A stretch of DNA of 64,000 bases, from NCBI RefSeq assembly GCF_006345805.1, contig NC_043017.1, positions 5,208,001-5,272,000 of the forward strand. Direction: 5' to 3'. The translations under genes were made by a program, and so were the position numbers. Position 1 is the stretch's first letter. Each line of letters starts with the position of its first letter. Positions 25,191-37,103 of the stretch are shown piece after piece. Below the pieces are notes generated by a model, which was not told where the DNA came from, ran no database searches, and saw only the letters and a list, made by a program, of their open reading frames with translations. Origin of the DNA: Octopus sinensis (lineage: Eukaryota).

Positions 25191-25684
25191 AACCATCTGT
25201 GCTACCTATTTTCACAACGAATTACAAACAAATGAAGGACCGCCAAGTGGTCATTTGACCTACATGAAATAACAGCCAAATCTCCCTCAAACCACACCTT
25301 ATATTAAATAAGCAAAGGATACTTCACCTAATGAAGTCTAACCCTAAAAACAGAGTGGTCCATGCTGTAATATGTGTGTGGTTATTGGCGCAAAGAAGGG
25401 AACATGTGTCATGTGAAATAACTTACCTTGTCATTCACTGATTACTCACACTGTCTCTTGTCCTCCTATCTTGCTATGCCTATATTTAGAGAATGGGAAT
25501 CTTGAAAGGAACAGGACTTGGATCAATGACTCAGTAAATACACTGGAAAAGGCATGATTGTCACACATTTGTATACCTCACTCCTATCAAGTTGCCAGAC
25601 CTAGCCTTTATTTAATAAGGGATGTATATTGAATATTCAAATGAATGGATAGTAAAAATGTGTGTGTGTGTATTTATATATATA

Positions 25685-26066
25685 TTCTTTTATTATTTCA
25701 GTCATTTGACTGTGGCCATGCTGGAGCACCACCTTTAGTCGAACAAATCGTTGAAATCTAGTACTTATTCTATCGGTTCCTTTTGCCGAACCGCTAAGTT
25801 ACAGGGACATAAACATACCAGCATCGGTTGTCAAGTGATGTTGGGGAGACAAACACAGACACACATTCATATACATATATGTATATATACATATGTTTAT
25901 ATATGATGGGCTTTTTTCAGTTTCCGTCTACCAAATCCACTCACAAGGCTTTGATCTGTTGCGGCTTTAGTAGAAGACACTTGCCCAAGGTGCCACACAG
26001 TGGGACTGAACCCAGAACCATGTGGTTGGTAAACAAGCTACTTACCACACAGCCACTCCTTCGCCT
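25685..26066 (-). mobile_element. SINE family A, full length
   Basis: Full-length match. Confidence 0.88.
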
Positions 26067-26641
26067 ATATATTTAGCTATCTATTGCTGTCTATAAGTCT
26101 ATCTATTCTTGTTTTGTGTTTTGTTTGTCCATCCCTCCATCCATCCTTTCCCTGTTCTTCTCCCCACTCTCTCCTATTATATATATATATATATAATGTC
26201 TGCAACTGTATTCTACTAAATATTTTAGTCAGGATATGTTGAAGTTTTGTAAGAATTGGGGAAGCTACAAGTTGTCTCACTCAACTTCCACCAACACCAC
26301 AGCTCTATCACACACTCTTACATACTACATCAGCAGTTAGTTCACAAATACATCATCAGTAGTTATATCATCCAGACACACAGAAATACATACACGTACT
26401 CAAACACAAACCATCAACAGGATGTACACAGCTTCTTCTTATTACATATACTTGAAAATTAGCAAAACAACAAAATTCTTCCCTCCCCTTCCTCCTACCT
26501 TCGCCTTCCGTGAAGTCCATCTGACACTGATTCCTGTGGTGTCAAAGGTCAACAAAGAGGAGACAACTGTCTCGCCTGCATTACAAACTTTGGGCAATTT
26601 ATGGATTTTACATTTTTGCATTTGTATTCCTGCTGTTTTTC

Positions 26642-26675
<34 letters not shown>

Positions 26676-26677
<2 letters not shown>

Positions 26678-26908
26678 GGCAGCAAGATGGCAGAAACGTT
26701 AGCACGCTGGGCGAAATGCTTAGCGGTATTTCATCTGCCGTTACGTTCTGAGTTCAAATTCCGCTGAGGTCGACTTTGCTTTTCATCCTTTCATGGTCAA
26801 TAAATAAAGTACCAGTTACGCACTGGGGTCAATGTAATTAACTTAATCCCTTTGTCTGTCCTTGTTTGTCCCCTCTATGTTTAGCCCCTTGTGGGCAATA
26901 AAGAAATA
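26676..26908 (+). mobile_element. SINE family C embedded in (TAA)n
   Basis: Complete head to tail (...GCCCCTTGTGGGCAATAAAGAAATA), with (TAA)n on both sides. Confidence 0.9.
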
Positions 26909-26910
26909 AA

Positions 26911-26956
<46 letters not shown>

Positions 26957-27155
26957 TATTCTTTTATTGGCCACAAGGGCAAACATAAAAGCAACATGAA
27001 ATGACAAAACAGGACGATACAAAGGGTTTTAAAACATGTAAATAAAAACAAAGAAAAAACAAATAAAACTTCCAAAAGGGGGTGGAGCTTTAAGGCTACT
27101 CAAAGAAAACCCCACAAAAGCCATGGGAGCCTGACCAACAGGGCAAGGCCCTTCT
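26957..27155 (-). mobile_element. Probable LINE 3' UTR sharing its terminus with SINE family C
   Basis: Minus-strand end CGTCCTGTTTTGTC...TATGTTTGCCCTTGTGGCCAATAAAAGAATA resembles the family C tail. The T-rich upstream part is unrelated to the SINE body. Confidence 0.5.
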
Positions 27156-27314
27156 TTTATTTTTTTTCATAGGTGTATACTCAGAATTGGTCCTTTCACT
27201 CTATCAATAAAAGACAACACAAGATGAGACAAAATCCTTAGAGAGGATTAATAGAATTCCTGGCAATAGTAATAATAATAATAATAATAATAACAATAAT
27301 AATAATAATAATAA

Positions 27315-27664
27315 ACAATACCTGTTGTCATAGGTGCCCTGGGAATGATAGCGAAAGGGGCTGATTGCTACCTAACTCAGATACCAGGAAACCCCAAAAT
27401 GGCAGAAATTCAAAAGATAGTGCTCATGGGAACTGCTCATATCCTACGCAAAATACTCTCTATGTAATCTCAAGGTTTAAAACAAACATTTTAAAAAAAA
27501 ATTTATTTATTAGACATTCACTAGTACAACACCAAAAAAAAGAAAACCAAATATATGGCACACTAGGCATAACAACAACGTGAACTTCCAACCTGTTGTC
27601 TCTTGAGGTCTCTGGGTGAGACTTGGAGCCAACTTGTACAAACATAAAGCAAAAGTCAAACATA
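27315..27664 (+). mobile_element. 5'-truncated R4/Dong-clade non-LTR retrotransposon (restriction-like endonuclease C-terminus plus 3' UTR)
   Basis: 27315-27467 translates without stops as TIPVVIGALGMIAKGADCYLTQIPGNPKMAEIQKIVLMGTAHILRKILSM*. This is the characteristic IPVVIGALG...IQKxVLxGTAHILRK ending of R4/Dong ORFs. (TAA)n lies on both flanks. Confidence 0.85.
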
Positions 27665-27698
<34 letters not shown>

Positions 27699-28218
27699 TT
27701 AGGCATAAGACCAGTAGTTTTGAGAGAAAGCAGTAAGTTGATGCCACTGAGTTTAGTTCTTTATTGGTACTTTGTTTCATTGACCAAAGAGAGTGGAGTA
27801 AAAGGCAACATTCACCTTAACAGAGTTTGAACTCAAAGCACGAAGAACTGGAGTAAATACTGCCACAAATATTTTGTGCAATGCTCTGAAAATTCTACCA
27901 AACTCGTTTCCTGTTTTTTGCATTTTTTTTTTTTTCCGGCTATACATATTTGTCATGTTACCTCATTTGTGTGATAATTGCTTGTGACCCGTTGATGGAT
28001 AAGTCGGACGTCAGGGATATTCCGTGATGACGTTAGCAGTTATTAACAACCTGGCATTAGTGTCATAAGCTAGAAAACCTCTTGGTACTTGAGTCATTCT
28101 GTAACTTTGCTCATAATATACACACACACACATATATACACTAATATTTTGAGTTCTGTTTTCTTATTTATATCACTAAACCTGTATACATATATACATA
28201 TCTCTCTCTGCCTCTCTG

Positions 28219-28265
<47 letters not shown>

Positions 28266-28309
28266 TTCAGTCATGTGTATATATGAAAAACAGTGTGTGT
28301 GTATGTGTG

Positions 28310-28342
<33 letters not shown>

Positions 28343-28346
<4 letters not shown>

Positions 28347-28523
28347 GGAGTAAACCATAAATGTGAAACAAGGTGAAAAAAAGAGTACTCAAATACCAGT
28401 GGTAGAGTAATATGCTTTATTTAAAAGCAGCAGAAAATTCAACAATTTGCTAGCAAAAACTGTCCAATGAATGGGAACGTGAAACAGGTTTTGTTGAATT
28501 TTCTGCTGCTTTTAAATAAAGTA
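28343..28523. mobile_element. Penelope-like terminal fragment with an inverted duplication
   Basis: ACCGGAGTAAA...GGTAGAGTAATA is also present at 52998-53066. Inverted arms CTTTATTTAAAAGCAGCAGAAAATTCAACAA / TTGTTGAATTTTCTGCTGCTTTTAAATAAAG surround TTTGCTAGCAAA. A degenerate hammerhead-like string lies between them. Confidence 0.55.
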
Positions 28524-28996
28524 TTTATATATATATATATATGTGTGTGTGTGTATTCAGTCATGTGTATGTATGAAAAATAGTGTGTGTGTGTGTATGT
28601 ATATATATATATATACACACACACACACATATATATGTGCATACATATAAAATTTAGCTGTTTATATATATGAAAAACAGTGAATGTATTTATATGAATA
28701 TATATATATACACACATACACGTGCATGTTGAATCATGTGAATATATGACAGGCTATATCAGTATATATATATATATCTATATGTGTGTGTGTGTGTGTG
28801 GTGTGTGTTAAGTATGTCCTTACGTTTCCTATAATGGAAATGGTGAGATAATTCAGGAAAACCACTGTGACAATCCTTATTCATTTCATTAGCTTCTCTT
28901 CAACAGGACATTGACAGAAGCTCTCTCTATTCACACACACACACACTTAGTCACATCTGTTTCCCTGCTTGTTTGTGTATATTTGTGTATGCATCT

Positions 28997-29029
<33 letters not shown>

Positions 29030-29052
29030 AGTGTGTGTGTATCATTCTTGTA

Positions 29053-29157
29053 CAAGAATGTTGTTGACAGTGACTTTGAAGTTCCGGCTGACTAAGCAAT
29101 CATCGGATGATGACTCATCTGACCAAAACTTCAAAGTCAATGTCACCGACATTCTTG
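29053..29157. mobile_element. 105-bp TA-flanked hairpin element (MITE-like)
   Basis: Including the flanking TA, the arms TACAAGAATGTTGTTGACAGTGACTTTGAAGTT and AACTTCAAAGTCAATGTCACCGACATTCTTGTA match at 30 of 33 positions. TA at 29051-29052 and 29158-29159. Confidence 0.7.
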
Positions 29158-29254
29158 TATAAGAAGAATAAATTTGTACTCTGCAAAAGTATAGAGCAAC
29201 CAATCAAATTCGCCTTTATAGATATCTATCTGGATTTATTGATTCCTTTTACGG

Positions 29255-29427
29255 AAAAACTTCCTGGCTTTGGGTAAAAAAAAAAAATAACGGAGGATCA
29301 GTTAATTATGATTTTATTCAACATATTCTCCTCACAGATTCACACACTTATTGCAGTAGTCCTTCAGTTTTTCTAAACCCTGTAAAAGAACTCGGAAGGT
29401 TCTTAAAGACAAGAACTTTTCAGCATA
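29255..29427 (+). mobile_element. Mariner-type MITE, copy 2 (internally deleted)
   Basis: Matches 8103-8327 and the reverse complement of 29998-30214. Confidence 0.75.
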
Positions 29428-29484
29428 TATATATATATGTTACTATCCGAACGTTATCGATGGCAAGCCTGCCCGACTGGCTTC

Positions 29485-29830
29485 TATGCCGGTGGCATGT
29501 AAAAAGCAGCCACTACACTCTCAGAATGGTTGGCATTAGGAAGGGTATCCAGCTGTAGAAAAATTGCCAGATCAGATTGGAGCCTGGTGCAGCCACTGGC
29601 TCTCCAGACCTCAGTCAAGCCAGCCAACCCATGCCAGCATGGAAAGCGAACGTTAAATGATGATGATGATATATATATATATATATTTATATATATAATA
29701 TATATATATATATTGTTATTTGCTTCCATTTTCCCATGCTGGCATGACTAAGATGGATTTGATATCGAGGCATTGTTTTATAGTTAGATAGACGCCCTTC
29801 CTGGTGCTAACTCTTTGAAAGGAATCTCGC
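29485..29830. mobile_element. Two family D SINE fragments, tail to tail
   Basis: Plus-strand copy at about 29485-29670 and minus-strand fragment at about 29725-29830. Confidence 0.75.
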
Positions 29831-29997
29831 ATTCCACATAGCTTTAAAGGCATAAAACAGGTGAATGGTTTCATTGACAAGAGAAATGCCGATAGGTGCC
29901 AACCACCACCACCACCACCCACAACAACAACAACACTGCTCAGAAGTCATGACTTTTATGTAAGCAAACACCGACATGAACACACACAAATATACAT

Positions 29998-30214
29998 ATA
30001 AGGAGGTGCTGGAAAGATCCTGGCTTTAAGGGTATCACAAAAAGCCTGGTTGGAGGCCCAAACTTCCAAGTTCTTTTACAGGGCTTAGAAAAACCGGAGA
30101 ACAGCTACAATAAAGTGTGTGAATCTGAGAGAGGGATATGTTGAATAAAATCATATTAATTGATCCTCCTGTATTTTCTGTTACCCAAAGCCAGGAACTT
30201 TTCAGTACTCCCTT
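29998..30214 (-). mobile_element. Mariner-type MITE, copy 3
   Basis: TIRs AGGAGGTGCTGGAAAGATCCTGGCTTT / AAAGCCAGGAACTTTTCAGTACTCCCT; TA at the left end. Confidence 0.8.
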
Positions 30215-30351
30215 GTGGCTACACACACACACATACACAGATAAATTCACATATATGCTCACAGTTGGTTCTACTCTATTTCTGCCAACTAAATTTCAGT
30301 TACATATTATTAGCATGGAACTAAATACTTTGTAGGATTTAGTGACTCTAA

Positions 30352-30570
30352 GACGGCAGTGCTGCTGGCTGAATCGTTACCGCACCAGAAAAAATGCTTA
30401 ACAGCATTTCTTCTGGCTCTACATTCGGAATTCAAATGCCTACAAGGTCATCTTTGCCTTTCATCCTTTCGGGGTTGACAAAATAAGTACCAGTGAATCA
30501 CAGGGGTTAACGTCATTGATTTAATCCCGCCCCAGAAATTGCTGGCCTTGTGCCAAAATTTGAAACCAGA
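30352..30570 (+). mobile_element. SINE family C, degenerate
   Basis: Match to family C head and body. Confidence 0.75.
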
Positions 30571-30594
30571 GTTCAAATCCCACTGAGGTTTCTT

Positions 30595-30965
30595 CATCAT
30601 CATCATCATCATCATCGTTTAACGTCCGTTTTCCATGCTGGCATGGGTTGGACGGTTTGACCGGGGTCTGGGAAGCCAAGAGGCTGCACCAGGCTCCAGT
30701 CTGATCTGGCAGTGTTTCTACAGCTGGAAGCCCTTCCTAACGCCAACCACTCCGTGAGTTTAGTGGGTGCTTTTTACGTGCTACTGGCACAGGTGCCAGG
30801 GGAGGCTGGCAACGGCCACAATCGGTTAGTGCTTTTTACGTGCCACCAGCACAGCAGCCAGTCAAAGCGGCACTAGCATCAACCACGTTTGGATGGTGCT
30901 TTTTACATGCCACCGGCACGGGTATCACAACTTCAATTTCCATTTGATTTTTATTCTGATGTTGA
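30595..30965 (-). mobile_element. SINE family D, best-preserved copy
   Basis: (CAT)n CGTTTAACGTCCG tail, V-domain-like block, and repeated GTGCTTTTTACGTGCCACC modules. Confidence 0.88.
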
Positions 30966-32713
30966 TGTAGCTGACTCAATAGGTCTCCTTTAGCCCCCCC
31001 CCCTTTTGGGGTTCAAAATTGAAAGAAATAAAAAATGGGTCACAGTAGAATATTGCGGTTGACAACAAAGTTTTCTTGGCCTTGAACTTAATGATTATTA
31101 TTGTTACATTGCCAAAGACTGTGCCTTAGGATCCAGTTGTGTCACATTGCTGTCCAACCGACACCCTCACCACGCCATTTAGCCCTCCCCTCGCCCACAA
31201 CCGCCCAACTGCAGTCAGGGGTTCTATGGTAAATACAGATGTCGTTCTTTTTTATACAACATTCAAAAGTTAAGAAAAATATTTCCCTATTCTCTCCATT
31301 GCTAATACTTTGGTAATGGAGACCAGAATGGTGAAATGTGGGATGGCATCAAATATCTAAAAACTCTGCTGGGTTACGCTGACACTCTCTAAATGTGTGT
31401 GTGTGTATGTTTATTACATATATTACACATACACTGACTTAAGAAGTGTGCGTATATATGTATGTGTATGTATGTGTATATTTACTCATACATTTCAGCA
31501 AGGGTGGATGAGGGTATGTGTGTTATTATGTTACATACAAATACACTGACTTAAGAAATGTGTGTATATATGTATGTGTATATATGCATTTGTATATATA
31601 TATTTTCTCTCATACACTTCAGTGGGCATGAGTCTTAATATGAGTGTGTGTGTGTGTGTATGTTATATATACACACATACTGACTTTAGAAGTGTGTGTA
31701 TGTATTATTCAACCGCATACACTTCAGGGATTTGTATGTGCGTATATATGTGTATTGTATGTATTTGTTCAATTTTATGTCTATATTTCCGTGTTAGCAT
31801 GGGTTACATGGATATAATATTGAGGCATTATATATACATATATATACATAGACATATATACATACATATGTACCTATATATATATAGACATATATACATA
31901 TGTACATATATGTATATATATATGTACGCACATACATATGTGTGTGTGTGCATATATATATGTATATATATATATGCATAGATGCACACTAGCACACACA
32001 CACATTTATACGTATGCACATACACTAATATACACTTCAAGGAGTGTATATATTTGAATATATGCATGCACACACACACACACACACATACACACACACA
32101 CACATACATACATACACCATGTTTATAATTGATTTCTCTATTAAGCAATTTTCCCAAGATGCAGATCAACATAATTTCATCGAAGAATAAGTCTGAAGTC
32201 GGCATCGAGGGAGTCGGGGAAAGGAGGGGGTTGGGTGGCGGCTGGAGGCTGGTGGAAGTCGTTTCGCATTGTTCTTTGACTTGGTCCACTTGAGAATCGA
32301 CAACAACTTTATGAATACTCGGCCAAAACAAAGCTCCAAAATAACAGATGAAATAATAATGGAAGAGAAGCTGTTAATTGATTTGATCACAAGATATTAC
32401 TGGTACTTTGGGGGGGGGGGGCAACAAGCTGCCAGAAATAGCAGCCAAAATCTTCAACCACTCAAACAACGCTTGCAACATTTTATTGCATGTCAAAGCA
32501 ACAGAGATGCAATGTGAGTGGGTTTTCAACCACAGCTCCCAGGGCCGCATATGGCCCTCAAGCATCCTACCACCCCCACCCCTGATTGTCTTCCCTTTAT
32601 AAATATAATAAATTTGTTTTTGACTTGTCTTACTTTTTTTGACACAACCCCCTAAAAAAATCCTGGTTTTGGTTCATGGAAACTGAAAGAAGACCATCAT
32701 ACATACATACATA

Positions 32714-32749
<36 letters not shown>

Positions 32750-33414
32750 CTACATGTGTGTGTTTCTGTGCCTGTCTTTACCCTGACTACCACTTGACAA
32801 CCAGTGTTAGTGTGTTTGATAGATGGCAGCTGAAATCCACTCATAAGGGTTTGGTTAGCCTGTGGTTATAGTAGAAGACACTTGTCCAAAGTTCCACACT
32901 GTGGGACTGAACCCAGAACCATGTGGTTGGGAAGCAAGCTTCTTACCACACGACCATGCCTATATATCTACATGTGTGTGAATTTGTGGCTGTTTTTGCC
33001 CTCCTACTCCATGACAACCAGTGTTGGTGTGTTTACATCCTGCAACTTACTGGTTCAGCAAAAGAGACCAATAGAGTAAGAAACTGCTTGAAAAAAAAAG
33101 GTGCAAAGAAAAATGGCACAAGGGGTCAATTTGTTTGTCTAAAATTTCTTGAAGGCAGTGCCGCAGCGGGGAGCGGGGCGGGGCACAGTCTAATGACTGA
33201 AGCTAATAAAAGATAAATGATATATGATATAGTGACATACCCATGCCCACCCCCACATAGACATTACACAGTGGCACTAGTAGTACCAAGATACCAATGA
33301 AGGTCTGTAATCTACCGATGAGAGTGTGCTAGTGTAATAAGATGTCTTACTAAAAAGCATTGCATTACATTAACCAGAACAACAACCATGTATTTTCTAC
33401 ACTTCATCACTCTT

Positions 33415-33449
<35 letters not shown>

Positions 33450-33744
33450 AGCCCCCTACTGTTTTTTTTTTTTGCTGCAACCCCCCCTCCCCCGCCACTA
33501 ACTCCCTACTCTGTCTACAAACAAACCTCTCACTAACCACCCACCCACCCACCCCCGCCCTGCCTGCAAATGCCCCCTACTCTACCCCCTAAACACTCCT
33601 TATTCAAACAATGTTCTTCTGGGTGTAGGTGACAGTTACACAGCATCGAAAACCAACTATTTTTACTGTTTTTGGTTTCCTTATTTAAGCTTACCCTTTT
33701 CACATCCTCTTCCTCCAATTTCATTAGACCCCTTTAATGTCACC

Positions 33745-33932
33745 CATCTCTGTTTTCCTCTCACTCTCTGCCTCTCTCTGCCTCCCTCTCTCCCGCTCTG
33801 CCTCTCTCTACCTCTCTTTCCCTCTGCCTCTCTCTGTCTCTCTCTCCTCTCTTTCCCTCTCTGCCTCTCTCTGTCTCTCTCTGCCTCTCTCTCCCTCTCT
33901 GCCACTCTTTCCCTCTCTGCCTCTCTTTCCGG

Positions 33933-33975
<43 letters not shown>

Positions 33976-34245
33976 TCCCTCTCTGCCACTCTCTCTCCCT
34001 CACTCCTTCCCTGCCTCTCTCTCTGCCTCTCTACCTCTCTGCCTCTTTCTCCCTCTCTGCCTCTCTCTCTGCCTCTCTGCCTCTCTCTCCTTCTCTGCCT
34101 CTCTCTCCCTCTCTCTTTCTCCCTCTCTGCCTCTCTCTCCCTCTCTGCCTATCTCTCCCTCTCTGCCTCTCTTTGCCCCCCTGCCTCTCTCTCCCTCTCT
34201 GCCTCTCTTTCCCTCTCTCTCCCTCTCTCTCTCTCTCTCCCTTCC
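33745..34245. repeat. Pyrimidine-rich CTCTCTGC-type minisatellite
   Basis: Degenerate 8-10-mer CTCTCTGC/CTCTCTCC iterated over about 500 bp. Confidence 0.9.
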
Positions 34246-34755
34246 ACCCTCATCAGAGTTTCCTATTGCAAATATCCCTTTTCTGCCAGAGACCCTCCTT
34301 TTGCTTGTTCAGTTTCTTCCTTCCAATATGACAGACTTTAATTCTCATGGCAAGTCGTAATCACAATTGCAGCCTCTTGGTAAGAATCCTCACCACCGCC
34401 ACCACCATCACCACCACACAACGCTCTCTTCTTCCTCCCCACCACACCCCTACCGCAAATTCACTCTTTCCCTACCGCTCCCACCTTGACTAGAAGTGTG
34501 ACTTAACCATTACAAACAATTCTCACACACCCGACTTACATACCACCCTCGCACCAGCTCTCCTTCCCTCAACGTTCCCTCTTTTGTCTACACATGCACA
34601 AACATGAACATCATCATCATTTAACGTGTGCGGGTGTGGCTGTCTGGTAAGAAGCTTGCTTCCCAACCACATGGTTCCGGGTTCAGTCCCACTGCATGAC
34701 ACCTTGGGCAAGTGTCTTCTACTATAGCCTACAATCTGTTGCCGCATAATAGGCG

Positions 34756-35012
34756 TAGGAGTAGCTGTGTGGTACGTAGCTTGCTTATGAACCACATAGT
34801 TTTGGGTTCAGTCCCGCTGCGTGGCACCTTGGGTAAGTGTCTTCTACTATAGCCTCGGGCTGACCAAAGCCTTGTGAGTGGATTTGGTAGACGGAAACTG
34901 AAAGAAGCTCATCGAGGCTATAGTAGAAGACACTTACCCAAGGTGCCACACAGCGGGACTGAACCCAAAACTATGTGGTTCATAAGCAAGCTACGTACCA
35001 CACAGCTACTCC

Positions 35013-35045
<33 letters not shown>

Positions 35046-35245
35046 GTGTGTATACATTTGTTCCCCCAACATCGCTTGACAATCGATGCTGGTGTGTTTA
35101 CGTCCCCGTAACTTAGTGGTTTGGCAAAAGAGACCGATAGAATAAGTACTAGGCGTACAAAGAATAAGTCCTGGGGGTCGATTTGCTCAACGAAAGCGGT
35201 GCTCCAGCATGGCCACAGTCACATGGCTGAAACAAGTAAAAGAGT
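34756..35245 (+). mobile_element. Family A SINE containing an inverted duplication of its own 5' 102 bp
   Basis: 34756-34857 is the reverse complement of 34913-35014 with 1 mismatch. (TA)n and the normal 3' half follow to about 35245. A separate head fragment lies at about 34628-34730. Confidence 0.93.
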
Positions 35246-35367
35246 AAAAAAGGAGTATACATTTTCCTGCCGTTAGTAAAGACATCTTTTGCAGTCAGAC
35301 AAATCACAAATCACCCATTGATGGATACATCTTGTGTGAAACACCTGAGCCTGTTTATTTCTATAAA

Positions 35368-35583
35368 CCCTTTAGCAATCAGACTAGCCTGTCAGATGGG
35401 ATGATTAATAATCCACCTGGTTTTCAGTTAATCATGCATTATCTTCTAGCTTTGAGATTTCAATGACTTAATTGTTTATTTTGACAATGATATTGTAGGG
35501 TGTGTGCAAGAGGCCAGATCTAGCCAGTTTGAACATAAAACAGAATATTTGGGCCTGATATGACAGGTTTAACTGCTAAAAAG
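35368..35583. mobile_element. Degenerate piggyBac-type MITE, second family
   Basis: Ends CCCTTTAGCA... and ...TGCTAAAAAG with decayed TTAA sites. A related end, TTAACCCTTTACCTTTCAGATTACTCTG, occurs at about 39053. Confidence 0.55.
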
Positions 35584-36296
35584 TTGTTGTTCTTACTGTT
35601 ATTGTTTTGTTCACAGACCATTGATTAAAGACATTCCAACAATGACCATGCCAATTAAACTATTATCAAGGACAATGTTGTTCAATGTGGTTTCCCTTTC
35701 TTTGAAGACTCTGAGGTATGATTCACAGGAAATTTGGCTGCTATTTCTTGCAAATTGAATGAACATTTAGCTGCTCCCTTGTGATTAGATCAGGTAGAAA
35801 TGATTTGTATTGATCTGTATTGATCGTTGTTATGTTTTTTTTTAATTATTTAGTCAATAGGGGAGGAACAGCAAGTGTTATAGCCTTTAAAAAGGTAGGG
35901 CGTTCCCAGATGGTCAAGATCAATAAGGTTCATGAGTAGTTTCAACCTCAATAGGTCAACGTCTCCCGGAGACACCAAGGTGGGTGTGGTGGTGGTGGTG
36001 GTGGTGGTGATGGTGGGAGTGGTGGTGGTGGTGGGAGTGCCGGTGGTGGTGGTGGGAGTGCCAGTGGTGGTGGTGGTGGTTCATGGGAAGAAAATATTGG
36101 AAAAAAAGTGTGTTTAATGTACCAGGGTGTAAGGGTTGGGGACGGAATTGGGTGCAGTGATTAGGGGTGTAATCTGATGAGGTTGGGGGTAAGGGAACAT
36201 GTGCAGAGAGGAGTGAGGAGTTGGTGGAGCTGTGATAGAAATGTCTGAGAGAAGGGAGAAAGAAGGGCAGTTATGTTGAGGGTTATTACCTCCTGT

Positions 36297-36625
36297 CTTT
36301 TACTTGTTTCAGTTATCAGACTGAGGCCATGCTGGAGCACTGCTTTGAAGAAATTTTTAGGTAAATGAATCGACCCCAGCACTTGAATTTTTTTTTTAAA
36401 CCTGGGACTTATTCTATAGAACTTTTTGGCCGAGTTACTAAGTTACAGAGCTGTAAACAAACCAACACCGGTTGTTAAGCATTGGTGGGCAACAAACAGA
36501 ATAAAGACACACACAAACACATACACACCACTAAATCCATTCACAAAGCTTTGGTCAGCCCAAGGCTATAGAAGACCCGTGCCCAAGAGGGAGTGAACCT
36601 GGAACCATAAGGTTACAACAAGCAT
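36297..36625 (-). mobile_element. SINE family A, degenerate
   Basis: Match with internal deletions. Confidence 0.75.
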
Positions 36626-36800
36626 AACTGTGTGGTTCAGAAGACACTTTTAGGGTCAATTAAATAAGGGCCAGTTGAGCACTGGGATCAGTGTAATCAA
36701 CTTATCCCCACCACCAAAAATGGTGGCCTTGTGCCAAAATTAAAAACTGTCATCGTTATTAGGCAAGCTGGCTGAATCGTTAGCATTCTGGGCAAAATGC

Positions 36801-37058
36801 TGAATAAGGGTTGTTTAAGGATGTTACATGAACCACCCATGTTTCCAGAGGTGAATTATTCAAACCCCAAAGAATCCCTCTCAACACATGGCTATGATGC
36901 TCCCCCACTACTTCTGCTCATGATCAGAGATGACCATATTGTCAGCCGCCAAGGGACATGCTCAACTGGTTAAGGTCAAACAACTGACAAGCAAATCTGT
37001 GGTATTGAGCAGAATATTTGCTGTAGCCCATCTTTTATACAAAGACAAAACAATGTAC

Positions 37059-37103
<45 letters not shown>

